Part shown: positions 1 through 8,642 of the stretch, piece by piece
Position numbering within the stretch: the first letter of the stretch is position 1
How the letters are laid out: every line of letters starts with the position of its first letter
Assembly (NCBI GenBank): GCA_963716255.1
Contig: OY970303.1
Location: forward strand, 6,400,001 to 6,464,000
DNA length: 64,000 nucleotides
Reading direction: 5' to 3'
From: an uncultured Gemmatimonadales bacterium
Lineage (GTDB): Bacteria; Gemmatimonadota; Gemmatimonadetes; Longimicrobiales; Longimicrobiaceae
Notes under the pieces: model-generated
Database searches by the model: none
Told to the model about the DNA's origin: nothing
The model's input: the letters and a program-made list of their open reading frames with translations, nothing else
Program-made: the position numbers and the translations under genes

Positions 1-1
1 C

Positions 2-2719
2 ACCGTTCCCGAGGGGGGCGCCGCCACCGCGAGCTTCGAGCTGGGGCAGTCCGCCGTGTCGCTGGACGCGCTGGTGGTCACCGGCACCGCCGGCGGCACC
101 CAGCGGCGGGCCGTGGGCACCAGCGTCGCGCAGATCCAGGCCTCCACCGTCGTGGAGACCGCGCCCGTCAACAGCGTCCAGGAGCTCATCAACGGCCGGG
201 CCCCCGGGGTGGTCATCATCCCCGGCTCCGGCACCGTCGGGAGCGGCGCGCGCATCCGCGTGCGCGGCATCTCCAGCCTGTCGCTTTCCCAGGAGCCGCT
301 GATCTACGTGGACGGCGTGCGCGTCAACAACGCCCAGGCCACCGGCCCCATCAACCAGGGCTTCAGCTCCAGCACCATCTCCCGGTGGAACGACTTCAAC
401 CCCGAGGAGATCGAGAGCATCGAGATCATCAAGGGGCCCGCCGCCGCCACCCTGTACGGAACCGAGGCCGCAAACGGCGTCATCCAGATCATCACCAAGC
501 GCGGCTCCGAGGGGAAGCCGCGCTTCACCGCCTCCGTCAAGCAGGGCGCCAACTGGTTCGCCGACCCCGCCGGGCGCCTTCCGCTCAACTACGGGCGCGT
601 CAACGCCACCGCGCCGGTCACCACCATCGACTACGCCCAGCTCCGCGAGCTCAACGGCGACATCTTCGGCACCGGGCGGCTCCAGGAGTACGACGTCAGC
701 ATGAGCGGCGGCGGCTCCGGCGTGCGCTACTTCGTGGGCGGCGGGCTGGAGCGCAACGAGGGCGTCGAGCCCAACAACGTGGCCCGCAAGTACAACGCGC
801 GCGCCAACGTGTCCGTCACCCCCGGCTCCAACATCGACCTCAACGCCAGCGCGGGATACGTCAGCGGGCGCACCAGCCTCCCGCTGGAGGCCGGCGGCGG
901 CGGGCTGTTCTGGACCACCCTGTTCGCCAACCCCGCCAACCTGAACACCCCCCGCAACGGCTTCCACAGCGCCACCCCCGAGGCGTACTACTACGCCTAC
1001 GAGGACTGGCAGGACGTCGACCGCTTCACCGGCGGCCTCCAGCTCACCCACCGCCCCTTCGGCTGGCTGACGCACCGGGCCTCCGTGGGCACCGACTTCA
1101 CCAGCCAGGACGACGTGGAGCTGGTGGAGCGCATCGCGGACCCGGAGATGCAGTTCTTCTTCACCGCCTCCGAGATCCGCGGCTACAAGGACATGTACCG
1201 CCGCAACGTCTACTACAACACCTTCGACTACAGCGCCACCGCAGAGGTCACCCCCCTGGAGGGGATCACCAGCAACACCTCCGTGGGCGCCCAGTACTAC
1301 CGGCGCTACTCCGAGTACCTGTACGGGCGCGGCGCCGACTTCCCCGCGCGCGGCCTCCGCACCCTCCTCGCCACCACCGGCGAGCGCCGCAACGACGAGG
1401 ACTACGCCGAATCCTCCACCGTGGGCGTCTTCATCCAGGAGCAGCTGGGGCTGCGCGACGACCGGCTCTTCCTCACCGGCGCCGTCCGCATGGACGACAA
1501 CAGCGCCTTCGGCGAGGACTTCGACCTGGTCACCTACCCCAAGCTGAGCGCCACCTGGGTGCTCAGCGAGGAGCCCTTCTGGCCGCTGCCGTTCGTCAAC
1601 ACGCTCAAGCTCCGCGCCGCGTACGGGCAGTCCGGCCAGCAGCCCGTGAACTTCGCCGCGCTCCGCACCTTCGCCCCCATCACCGGCAGCGGCGACCAGC
1701 CGGCCGTCACCCCGCAGTCGCTGGGCAACCCCGACCTGGGCCCCGAGCGCAGCGGCGAGCTGGAGGTGGGCTTCGACGCCGGCTTCCTGGACGACCGCCT
1801 GGGGCTGGAGCTCACCTACTACGACCGCACCGTCACCGACGCCATCCTGGAAACCCCGGTGCCGCCCTCCAGCGGCTTCTCCGGCACCCAGTACGTCAAC
1901 GCCGGCGAGATCCACAGCAGCGGCGTGGAGCTGCTGGCCCGGGCCAACGCGCTGAACGGCCGCCGCGCCCAGCTGGACTTCACCGTCAGCCTGGCGACCA
2001 ACGCCAACGAGGTCGTCGACCTGGGGCGCGAAGGGCTCACCACCGTTTCCGCGGGAACGCTGGTGCAGCACCGCGAGGGGTACCCGGTGGGCTCCTGGTT
2101 CGACAAGGTCATCGTGGGCGCCAGCTTCAACGCCGCCGGCGCCCTCATCGCCAACTCCGAGATCTGCGACGACGGCGAAGGCGGGCAGATGCCGTGCGCC
2201 ACGGCGCCCACCCTGTACCTGGGCCGCCCCACCCCCAGCCGGGAGATGTCGCTCAGCTCCACGCTGACGCTCTTCAACAACCTGCGCATCTACGGGCTGA
2301 TCGACGCCAAGCAGGGCTTCAGCAAGCTGGACGGCAACCTGCGCGTCCGCTGCGTCCTGTTCTTCCGCTGCCGCGAGAACTTCTATCCCACCGAGTTCCT
2401 GGACGACCCGGCGTGGCTGGCCACCGTGCAGCGCGGCGGCGCCTTTTCCGACCGGCTGATCAAGGACGGCAGCTTCGCCCGCTTCCGCGAGCTTTCCGCC
2501 ACCTACACGCTCCCCGGGCGCTGGGCGAGCCGCCTGGGCGCGAGCCGGGCGTCCATCACCGTGGCCGGGCGCAACCTGTGGACCTGGACCGACTACACCG
2601 GGCTGGAGCCCGAAGCCTCCTTCCTGGGCGGCACCCGCGGCACGGGGAGCGCCCAGTGGGAGCAGAACGTCACCCCGCAACTCCAGCAGTTCGTGACCAC
2701 GCTGAACGTCAACTTCTAG
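2..2719 (+). CDS. SusC/RagA-family TonB-dependent outer membrane receptor (5' truncated by window edge)
   Basis: Frame open from base 2; LDALVVTG TonB-box-like segment; plug motif IESIEIIKGPAAATLYGTEAANGVIQIITKRG; GNPDLGPE; C-terminal Phe; followed by SusD-like gene. Confidence 0.93.
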   Translation, partial: TVPEGGAATASFELGQSAVSLDALVVTGTAGGTQRRAVGTSVAQIQASTVVETAPVNSVQELINGRAPGVVIIPGSGTVGSGARIRVRGISSLSLSQEPLIYVDGVRVNNAQATGPINQGFSSSTISRWNDFNPEEIESIEIIKGPAAATLYGTEAANGVIQIITKRGSEGKPRFTASVKQGANWFADPAGRLPLNYGRVNATAPVTTIDYAQLRELNGDIFGTGRLQEYDVSMSGGGSGVRYFVGGGLERNEGVEPNNVARKYNARANVSVTPGSNIDLNASAGYVSGRTSLPLEAGGGGLFWTTLFANPANLNTPRNGFHSATPEAYYYAYEDWQDVDRFTGGLQLTHRPFGWLTHRASVGTDFTSQDDVELVERIADPEMQFFFTASEIRGYKDMYRRNVYYNTFDYSATAEVTPLEGITSNTSVGAQYYRRYSEYLYGRGADFPARGLRTLLATTGERRNDEDYAESSTVGVFIQEQLGLRDDRLFLTGAVRMDDNSAFGEDFDLVTYPKLSATWVLSEEPFWPLPFVNTLKLRAAYGQSGQQPVNFAALRTFAPITGSGDQPAVTPQSLGNPDLGPERSGELEVGFDAGFLDDRLGLELTYYDRTVTDAILETPVPPSSGFSGTQYVNAGEIHSSGVELLARANALNGRRAQLDFTVSLATNANEVVDLGREGLTTVSAGTLVQHREGYPVGSWFDKVIVGASFNAAGALIANSEICDDGEGGQMPCATAPTLYLGRPTPSREMSLSSTLTLFNNLRIYGLIDAKQGFSKLDGNLRVRCVLFFRCRENFYPTEFLDDPAWLATVQRGGAFSDRLIKDGSFARFRELSATYTLPGRWASRLGASRASITVAGRNLWTWTDYTGLEPEASFLGGTRGTGSAQWEQNVTPQLQQFVTTLNVNF

Positions 2720-2741
2720 CCCACGAACCCAGGTGAACGGC

Positions 2742-4028
2742 ATGAATCACAACCGACCGAACCGGGGGAGGACGCGCCCGCGCGGCGCCCTCCGCGCGGG
2801 GCTCTGGCTGGCGGCGGCGCTCACCCTCGCCGCCTGTAATTCGCTGCTGGACGTGGACGCTCCCAGCCGCATCCCCGCCGACGCGCTGAACGACCCGTCC
2901 AACGCCACGCTCCTGGTGAGCGGCGCCGTCGGCGACTTCGAGTGCGCCTTCCAGAGCTACGTGGTGATGGGCGGCATCGTGGGCGAGGAGCTGGTGGACG
3001 CCACCCAGACCGCCGACCGCTGGCCGTACGACCGCCGCGCCGTGGACCCCGCCGACCGGCGCTACGGCGAGTTCGCCTGCACCGCGCTGGGCGTGTACAC
3101 CCCCCTCTCCACCGCCCGCTGGGCCGCGGAGAACGCCCTGTCCAGGCTCCAGGGGTGGACCGACGAGCAGGTCGCCGGCCGCGCGGTGATGGTCGCCACC
3201 GCCGCCGCGTACTCCGGGTACAGCCACCTGCTCCTGGGCGAGGGCTTCTGCTCCGGCGTGCTCCTGGACGAGACCCTCGAGGCCGGCGGCGAGGTCCCGC
3301 GCGCCGACGTGCTGCGGCGCGCCGTCGCCCGCTTCGACCAGGCCGTGACGGGCGCCCAGGCCGCCGGAAACGCCGACATCCTCAACATGGCGCTCGTGGG
3401 CCGCGCCCGCGCCAGGCTGGACCTGGGCGACCGGGCCGGCGCCGCCGCCGACGCCCGGCTGGTCACCGCCAACTACGCCAAGGTCGTCACCGCCTCCACC
3501 ATCGCCTCGCGGCGCGAGAACCGCGTCGTGGAGCAGAACAACAACTCCCAGTCGGTCACCATCGGCCCCACCTACCGCAGCCTGGCGTTCGGCGGGGTGG
3601 CCGACCCGCGGGTGAGAGTCACCGACACCGGCCGCAATGCCACCGACGGCAACCGCATCTGGGTGCAGACCAAGTACGCCACCCTCGCCACCGGCGTCCC
3701 GCTGGCCACCTGGGACGAGGCCCAGCTCATCATCGCCGAGGTGGAGGGTGGCCAGTCCGCGGTGAACATCATCAACATGTTCCACACGCGGGCCGGGCTC
3801 CCGGCCTTCGCCGGCACGGACGCGGCCGTCATCCAGGCGCAGGTGGTCGAGGAGCGGCGCCGCGAGCTGTTCCTGGAGGGCCAGCACCTGGGCGACATCA
3901 TCCGCTACAGCCTGGCGCTCACCCCCGCCACGGGGACCGCGTTCCCCAAGGGCGGCACCTACGGCAGCACCACGTGCCTGCCGCTTCCCAACATCGAGAA
4001 GCTGAACAACAGGAACATCTCGGGCTGA
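2742..4028 (+). CDS. RagB/SusD-family nutrient uptake outer membrane lipoprotein
   Basis: Lipobox LAAC; EAQLIIAE and ERRRELFLEGQHLGD motifs; directly after SusC; start could be GTG 2733. Confidence 0.9.
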   Translation: MNHNRPNRGRTRPRGALRAGLWLAAALTLAACNSLLDVDAPSRIPADALNDPSNATLLVSGAVGDFECAFQSYVVMGGIVGEELVDATQTADRWPYDRRAVDPADRRYGEFACTALGVYTPLSTARWAAENALSRLQGWTDEQVAGRAVMVATAAAYSGYSHLLLGEGFCSGVLLDETLEAGGEVPRADVLRRAVARFDQAVTGAQAAGNADILNMALVGRARARLDLGDRAGAAADARLVTANYAKVVTASTIASRRENRVVEQNNNSQSVTIGPTYRSLAFGGVADPRVRVTDTGRNATDGNRIWVQTKYATLATGVPLATWDEAQLIIAEVEGGQSAVNIINMFHTRAGLPAFAGTDAAVIQAQVVEERRRELFLEGQHLGDIIRYSLALTPATGTAFPKGGTYGSTTCLPLPNIEKLNNRNISG

Positions 4029-4038
4029 CGGCAACGGC

Positions 4039-4194
4039 GGGTTCGGGCGTGCCCCCGGCTGGCGCCGGGGTCGGGCTTCGGCTCCGTAACGCACGAAACA
4101 ACCGTGCGTAACGGAGTCGAGCCCCGCGAAACAGCCCGCGGGTCTCGCCCCTTCGGGCCGAAATCCCTCACGCGGGCATCGCGCTGGCGTCCGC
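4039..4194 (+). repeat. Structured interspersed element R1, copy 1
   Basis: GGGTTCGGGCGTGCC...ATCCCTCACGCG core plus 3' tail GCGCTGGCGTCCGC; begins 10 nt after susD stop. Confidence 0.92.
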
Positions 4195-4218
4195 TGGGGT
4201 CCGGCACCAGCACACAAG

Positions 4219-4254
4219 ATCAGCGGGGGCGGCCATCTGGCCGCCCCCGCTGAT
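4219..4254. terminator. Perfect hairpin between convergent genes, probable terminator
   Basis: ATCAGCGGGGGCGGCCA-TC-TGGCCGCCCCCGCTGAT. Confidence 0.65.
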
Positions 4255-4293
4255 GTTATCGCCGCTCGCGCTCCGTGCCGCCTGCCGGGAACT

Positions 4294-4707
4294 TTACCGC
4301 GCCGCGGGCCGGCCGTCTCGGAGCCAGCCTTCCACGCGGCCCAGAAAGGTCCGCACGTCGATCGGCTTGGCGACGTAGTCGTCGCACCCGGCCGCCATCA
4401 CCCGCTCGCGCGCACCCTCCATCGCCGTGAGCGCCACGATGGGCACCTGCCGGAAGCCGGCGTGCTCGCGGAGCCGGCGCGTGGCCTCGAAGCCGTCCAG
4501 CTCCGGCATCATCACGTCCATCAGGATCAGGTCCGGCTGCTGCGCCAGCGCCGTCTCCACCGCTTCGCGGCCGTTGGTCACGGTCTCCACCCGGTAGCCG
4601 AACGCGTCCAGGAGCGTACGCAGCGCTTCCCGGCTGTCCTCGTGGTCCTCCGCGATCAGGATGGTGGCCCTGGAGGACCGCTCCGGGTCCGTGGTCGGCA
4701 CGCTCAC
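4294..4707 (-). CDS. Single-domain response regulator (CheY/DivK-like)
   Basis: ILIAEDHED, PDLILMDVMMPELDG, VALTA, YVAKP receiver motifs; GTG start chosen by eye. Confidence 0.9.
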   Translation of the reverse strand: MSVPTTDPERSSRATILIAEDHEDSREALRTLLDAFGYRVETVTNGREAVETALAQQPDLILMDVMMPELDGFEATRRLREHAGFRQVPIVALTAMEGARERVMAAGCDDYVAKPIDVRTFLGRVEGWLRDGRPAAR

Positions 4708-4854
4708 GCCCCGGAACGCGGGCGGAGTGCGGTTCGACGGCAGGCGGGAGGACACGGACGAACGATCGGCCTGGAGAGTGGGGGCATGGATCACGGAAAG
4801 GCTCGGAGCAGGGTAACGGGATAGGAACGCGGTGTTGCGGCTGGTCCCAGGGTT

Positions 4855-4871
4855 GGCAAATCGCGTGCCCA
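4855..4871 (-). promoter_or_regulatory. Putative sigma-54 (-24/-12) promoter of the response regulator
   Basis: Minus strand GGGCACGCGATTTGCC: GG-N10-GC with GGCAC and TTGC. Confidence 0.6.
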
Positions 4872-4980
4872 AAGTATCGCCCGGTCGGCGCCTCGCGGTC
4901 GGGCGATCCCTTGTGTCGCGGGCCGGCGGGAGGGTACCTTCGCCGCGTCCGCGCCGCCGCTCCCCGCACCAGGCCGCCGC

Positions 4981-5400
4981 ATGCCCACCGCACAGCTTAC
5001 CCGCAGGGTGCGCTTTTCCGCCGCGCACCGCTACCACCGCCCCGAGTGGAGCGACGAGCGCAACCGCGACACCTTCGGCCCCTGCGCCAACCCGCACGGC
5101 CACGGGCACGGCTACCTGCTGGAGGTCACCGTGGCCGGCACGATCGACCCGGAGACGGGGTTCAGCGTGGACCTGGGAGTTCTGGACGCGGTGCTGCGGG
5201 AGGAGGTTCTGGAGCGGCTGGACCACCAGCACCTGAACCACGTGGTGCCGGAGTTCGCCCCCGGCGGCAGGATCCCGACCACCGAGAACATCCTGGTGCT
5301 GCTCTGGGGGCGGATCGCGCCGCGGCTGGGGGAGGGAAGGCTGCTGCGCCTGCGGCTGCACGAGGAGGAAACCTTCTACGTGGACTACTTCGGGGAGTGA
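4981..5400 (+). CDS. queD: 6-carboxytetrahydropterin synthase / 6-pyruvoyl-tetrahydropterin synthase
   Basis: FSAAHR, CANPHGHGH, LDHQHLN, PTTENI motifs. Confidence 0.88.
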   Translation: MPTAQLTRRVRFSAAHRYHRPEWSDERNRDTFGPCANPHGHGHGYLLEVTVAGTIDPETGFSVDLGVLDAVLREEVLERLDHQHLNHVVPEFAPGGRIPTTENILVLLWGRIAPRLGEGRLLRLRLHEEETFYVDYFGE

Positions 5401-5460
5401 ACGCGAAACGGGGGCGCCTCGCGGCACCCCCGTCGCATTCCGTCGCCACGGTCGTTGCGG

Positions 5461-5868
5461 CTACACCGCGCTGCCCGCGCAGGCCGCCGCCGCGATCGTC
5501 GTCACGTTGCGGTCCTGGTCGATCTGGAAGGTCTTCAGCTCGGGCAGGGTGCGCGGCGTGGCGCACGCCGTGAAGGTGCCCGTCGTGCCGTCGATCTTGA
5601 AGTCGTAGTACTTCGCGGCCCCGACCGGGTCCGCCGCTCCCTCGAGCTTGGCGAACTGGTCGGCGTAGATGTCGTTCTTCTGCTTGTAGCGCAGCTGGAG
5701 CGTGTAGATCTGCTTCAGGATGGGCTCGGCCTCCGCTTCCTTGGCGGAGTTCGACACGCCGTTGAACTTGGGGATCGCGATGGCGGCCAGGATGCCGATG
5801 ATCACCACCACGATCATCAACTCGATGAGGGTGAAGCCACGCGAGTCCCGATGATGGATGGTGCGCAT
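5461..5868 (-). CDS. Type IV pilin (copy 2)
   Basis: Prepilin cleavage/methylation motif [25 protein letters not shown]-terminal Cys pair. Confidence 0.92.
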   Translation of the reverse strand: MRTIHHRDSRGFTLIELMIVVVIIGILAAIAIPKFNGVSNSAKEAEAEPILKQIYTLQLRYKQKNDIYADQFAKLEGAADPVGAAKYYDFKIDGTTGTFTACATPRTLPELKTFQIDQDRNVTTIAAAACAGSAV

Positions 5869-5965
5869 TCCTCGTTCTCCAGGGAAGGGCGGAGGGCCAG
5901 GGTCAATGGTCGGAATGAGATCCGGGAACCGGCCCAGGGGGGCCGGCTCCCGGTGTCGGTGCTGC

Positions 5966-6373
5966 TTAGCAGGCGGTCGTGCTCGGGATCCCGTCGGTCC
6001 CGGCGACGGCCGGCCGGTTGAGCTGGAGGTACATCGTGGTCAGGCCGGCGGCGGTGCCCTTGGCGTTCGGGGTCGCAACGGCGCACATCTTGGTCGTGCT
6101 GCCGGTGGACACCGAGAACGTGAAGTACTGCGCGCCCGGATCCTCGAAGCCCGTCAGGCTCGCGATGGCGGCCTGGTAGGTGTCGTTCTTCTGGAAGTAC
6201 GACTCCTGGAGCGACGCGATCTGCTTCAGGGTGGGTTCGGCCTCGGACTGCTTCGCGCTCTTCGACACGTTGCTGAACTTCGGGATCGCGATGGCCGCGA
6301 GGATGCCGATGATCACGACCACGATCATGAGCTCGATGAGGGTGAAGCCCTTGGTGTTACGCAGGTTCCGCAT
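5966..6373 (-). CDS. Type IV pilin (copy 1, PilA-like)
   Basis: [25 protein letters not shown]-terminal Cys pair; GGAG upstream. Confidence 0.92.
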   Translation of the reverse strand: MRNLRNTKGFTLIELMIVVVIIGILAAIAIPKFSNVSKSAKQSEAEPTLKQIASLQESYFQKNDTYQAAIASLTGFEDPGAQYFTFSVSTGSTTKMCAVATPNAKGTAAGLTTMYLQLNRPAVAGTDGIPSTTAC

Positions 6374-6439
6374 GGTGGTTCTCCGGGTGGGGTGGGGTGG
6401 CTACTGCCAGCACGGCTCCGTGCTGCTGGCCCCGGGTAA

Positions 6440-6456
6440 GGCAACGGATGTACCCA
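6440..6456 (-). promoter_or_regulatory. Putative sigma-54 promoter of the pilin genes
   Basis: Minus strand TGGGTACATCCGTTGCC: GG-N10-GC about 65 nt upstream of the ATG; pilA is sigma-54 dependent in Pseudomonas and Myxococcus. Confidence 0.55.
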
Positions 6457-6687
6457 CAATGCGGCACGCCGACAAGTCGTTGCAAGAGGGCCGTTTGCCG
6501 GTTCGGGCGGACCCCGGGGGGCCGGTTTTTAGCCGCTGATCCTGCAAGATCCCTTGCACTGTGCAACACCGCCCCGCCGGGCCGTGCCGGGCTTGCGTCC
6601 GCCCCGTGGCACGGCCTATATGGAAGCGGACCGCGGCGGGGGAGCCCGCCCCGGCCGGCCCACCTCCCGGAACCGGAGACACAGCGC

Positions 6688-7722
6688 GTGAGCGACGCGA
6701 ACATCAAGGACGTGACCATCATCGGCGGGGGCCCCACCGGCCTCTTCGCCGCTTTCTACGCCGGTCTGCGCGGCGTCTCCTGCCGCGTCGTGGACGCCCT
6801 GCCGCAGCTGGGCGGGCAGCTCATGGCCCTGTACCCGGAAAAGTACATCTTCGACGTGGGCGGCCTGCCGAAGATCCTCGCCAAGGACCTGGCGAAGAAC
6901 ATGATCGAGCAGGGAACCCAGTTCGACCCCGAGGTGGTCCTGGAGACCGAGGTGCAGACGCTGACCCGGGAGGACGGGGTGATCCGCCTGGGCACGCCCC
7001 GCGGCGAGCTGCTGAGCCGCACGGTGGTGATCACCGCCGGCAAGGGCGCCCTCAACCCGCGGGTGCTGGAGTGCCCGGGGTGGGAGGAGCTGTACGCCGC
7101 GCGCTCGGGCGTGTACACCCACGTGCACCAGCCGGAGGAGTTCCGGGGCCGGCGCGTGCTCCTGGTGGGCGGCGGCGACTCGGCCGTGGACTGGGCGCTG
7201 GGGCTCCAGGGGATCGCCACCGAGGTCACCGTGATCCACCGGCGCGACGAGTTCCGCGCCCACAGCGCCAGCGTGCGCGAGATGCGCGCCCTCGCGGAGG
7301 CGGGCAAGCTCAGCATCCGCACCCCGTACGAGGTCCGGGGCCTGGAGGGCGACGCCGGCTGCGTCCGCCGCGCCGTGATCTTCGACAACTCCACGGGCGA
7401 GGAGGTGGCGCTGGAGGTGGAGGCGGTCGTCGCGCTCCTGGGCTTCAAGCCGGACCTGGGGCCCGTGGGCACGTGGGGGCTGGAGCTGGAAAAGAACAGC
7501 ATCCGGGTGTCGCAGCTCATGGAGACCAACATCGAGGGCGTGTACGCCGCGGGCGACGTCACCCACTATCCCGGCAAGCTGGAGCTGATCGCCACCGGCT
7601 ACGGCGAGGCGGCCATCGCGGTGAACAACGCGGTGCACTTCATCAATCCCAAGGCGCGCGTGAGCCCCGGCCACTCCACCAACCTCAAGCTGTTCAAGCA
7701 GGACGAAGGCGAGGACGCCTGA
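6688..7722 (+). CDS. Ferredoxin--NADP+ reductase, thioredoxin-reductase-like (YumC type)
   Basis: IIGGGPTG, GGQLMALYPEKYIFDVGG, GGGDSAVDWA, AGD, C-terminal PGHST; no CxxC; GTG start. Confidence 0.85.
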   Translation: MSDANIKDVTIIGGGPTGLFAAFYAGLRGVSCRVVDALPQLGGQLMALYPEKYIFDVGGLPKILAKDLAKNMIEQGTQFDPEVVLETEVQTLTREDGVIRLGTPRGELLSRTVVITAGKGALNPRVLECPGWEELYAARSGVYTHVHQPEEFRGRRVLLVGGGDSAVDWALGLQGIATEVTVIHRRDEFRAHSASVREMRALAEAGKLSIRTPYEVRGLEGDAGCVRRAVIFDNSTGEEVALEVEAVVALLGFKPDLGPVGTWGLELEKNSIRVSQLMETNIEGVYAAGDVTHYPGKLELIATGYGEAAIAVNNAVHFINPKARVSPGHSTNLKLFKQDEGEDA

Positions 7723-7750
7723 CCCGCCCTGCTCCCGTCCGCGGCGGCCG

Positions 7751-8485
7751 ATGAAGCTCGCAGGCCGCTCGGCCCTGGTCACCGGGGGCGCGGTCCGCGT
7801 GGGCCGCGCGATCTCCCTGGCGCTCGCGCGCGAGGGGATGCGCGTGGTCGTGGGCTACGGCTCGTCCGGGGGGCCGGCGCGGGGGGTGGTGGAGGAGATC
7901 CGCCGGGGCGGGGGAGAAGCGGCGATGGTGGGCGCCGACCTGTCGCGGCTGGACGAGGTGCGGCGGCTGGCGGACGAGGCGGAGCGCGCCTTCGGCGGCA
8001 TCGACGTGCTGGTGAACAACGCGTCCGTCTTCCCGGCGGACGGCTTCGCGGACACGGACGAGGCCACCTGGGACGCCACCCTCGCCGTCAACCTCAAGGC
8101 CCCCTTCTTCCTGACGCAGCTCCTCGCGCCGGGGATGCGGGCGCGCGGCGGGGGCGCCGTCGTGAACCTGGCCGACCTGGCCGGGCTCCAGTCGTGGCAG
8201 GGGTACGCCGCGCACTCCATCTCCAAGGCCGGCGTCGTCCACCTGACGAAAGTGGCGGCGCGCGCCCTGGCCCCGGAGATCCGCGTCAACGCCATCGCCC
8301 CCGGGACCGTCCTCCCCCCCGATGACTTTTCCGCGGACGAGGTCCGCAGGCTCGCCGAGCGCGCCCCGCTGCGCCGCAACGGCTCGCCCGACGACGTGGT
8401 GGCGGCGCTCCTCTACCTCCTCCGCGCCGACTTCGTCACCGGCGAGGTGCTGGTGGTGGACGGCGGCCGCATGCTGCGGAGCTGA
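7751..8485 (+). CDS. SDR oxidoreductase, pteridine reductase/FolM-like
   Basis: TGGAVRVG, NNASVF, VNLKAP, HSISKAG (His where Tyr is usual), VNAIAPG, VDGG. Confidence 0.78.
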   Translation: MKLAGRSALVTGGAVRVGRAISLALAREGMRVVVGYGSSGGPARGVVEEIRRGGGEAAMVGADLSRLDEVRRLADEAERAFGGIDVLVNNASVFPADGFADTDEATWDATLAVNLKAPFFLTQLLAPGMRARGGGAVVNLADLAGLQSWQGYAAHSISKAGVVHLTKVAARALAPEIRVNAIAPGTVLPPDDFSADEVRRLAERAPLRRNGSPDDVVAALLYLLRADFVTGEVLVVDGGRMLRS

Positions 8486-8522
8486 CCGGCTCCGCGGTCG
8501 TCCACCGACCGGGCGCTGCAGG

Positions 8523-8546
8523 CTGTCCCCTGTACCCTGAACCCTG
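8523..8546. repeat. Short heptamer tandem repeat
   Basis: CTGTCCC CTGTACC CTGAACC CTG. Confidence 0.5.
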
Positions 8547-8642
8547 CCGTTCCCCGGAACACCCCCGCTCTTCACCGGTACCACCTTTCTTGCCGCACGG
8601 TCCCCGCGCGGGACCCGCCGTTCCCCGCTCTCCCCGCCTCGG

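Noticed and set aside
385..2736. Long alternative-frame and antisense ORFs throughout (e.g. 385-2736, 8783-11527, 29906-33475, 30243-33518, 58507-61962)
   Set aside because: Arg/Pro/Gly/Ala-rich shadows of real genes, expected from high GC3 codon bias; no recognisable motifs
4039..4194. R1 as a CRISPR array, tRNA or hammerhead ribozyme
   Set aside because: Copies are dispersed rather than regularly spaced; no cas genes; no T-arm, anticodon arm or CCA layout; no CUGANGA core
6607..6625. TGGCACG upstream of the FNR gene as a sigma-54 promoter
   Set aside because: No GC at the -12 position
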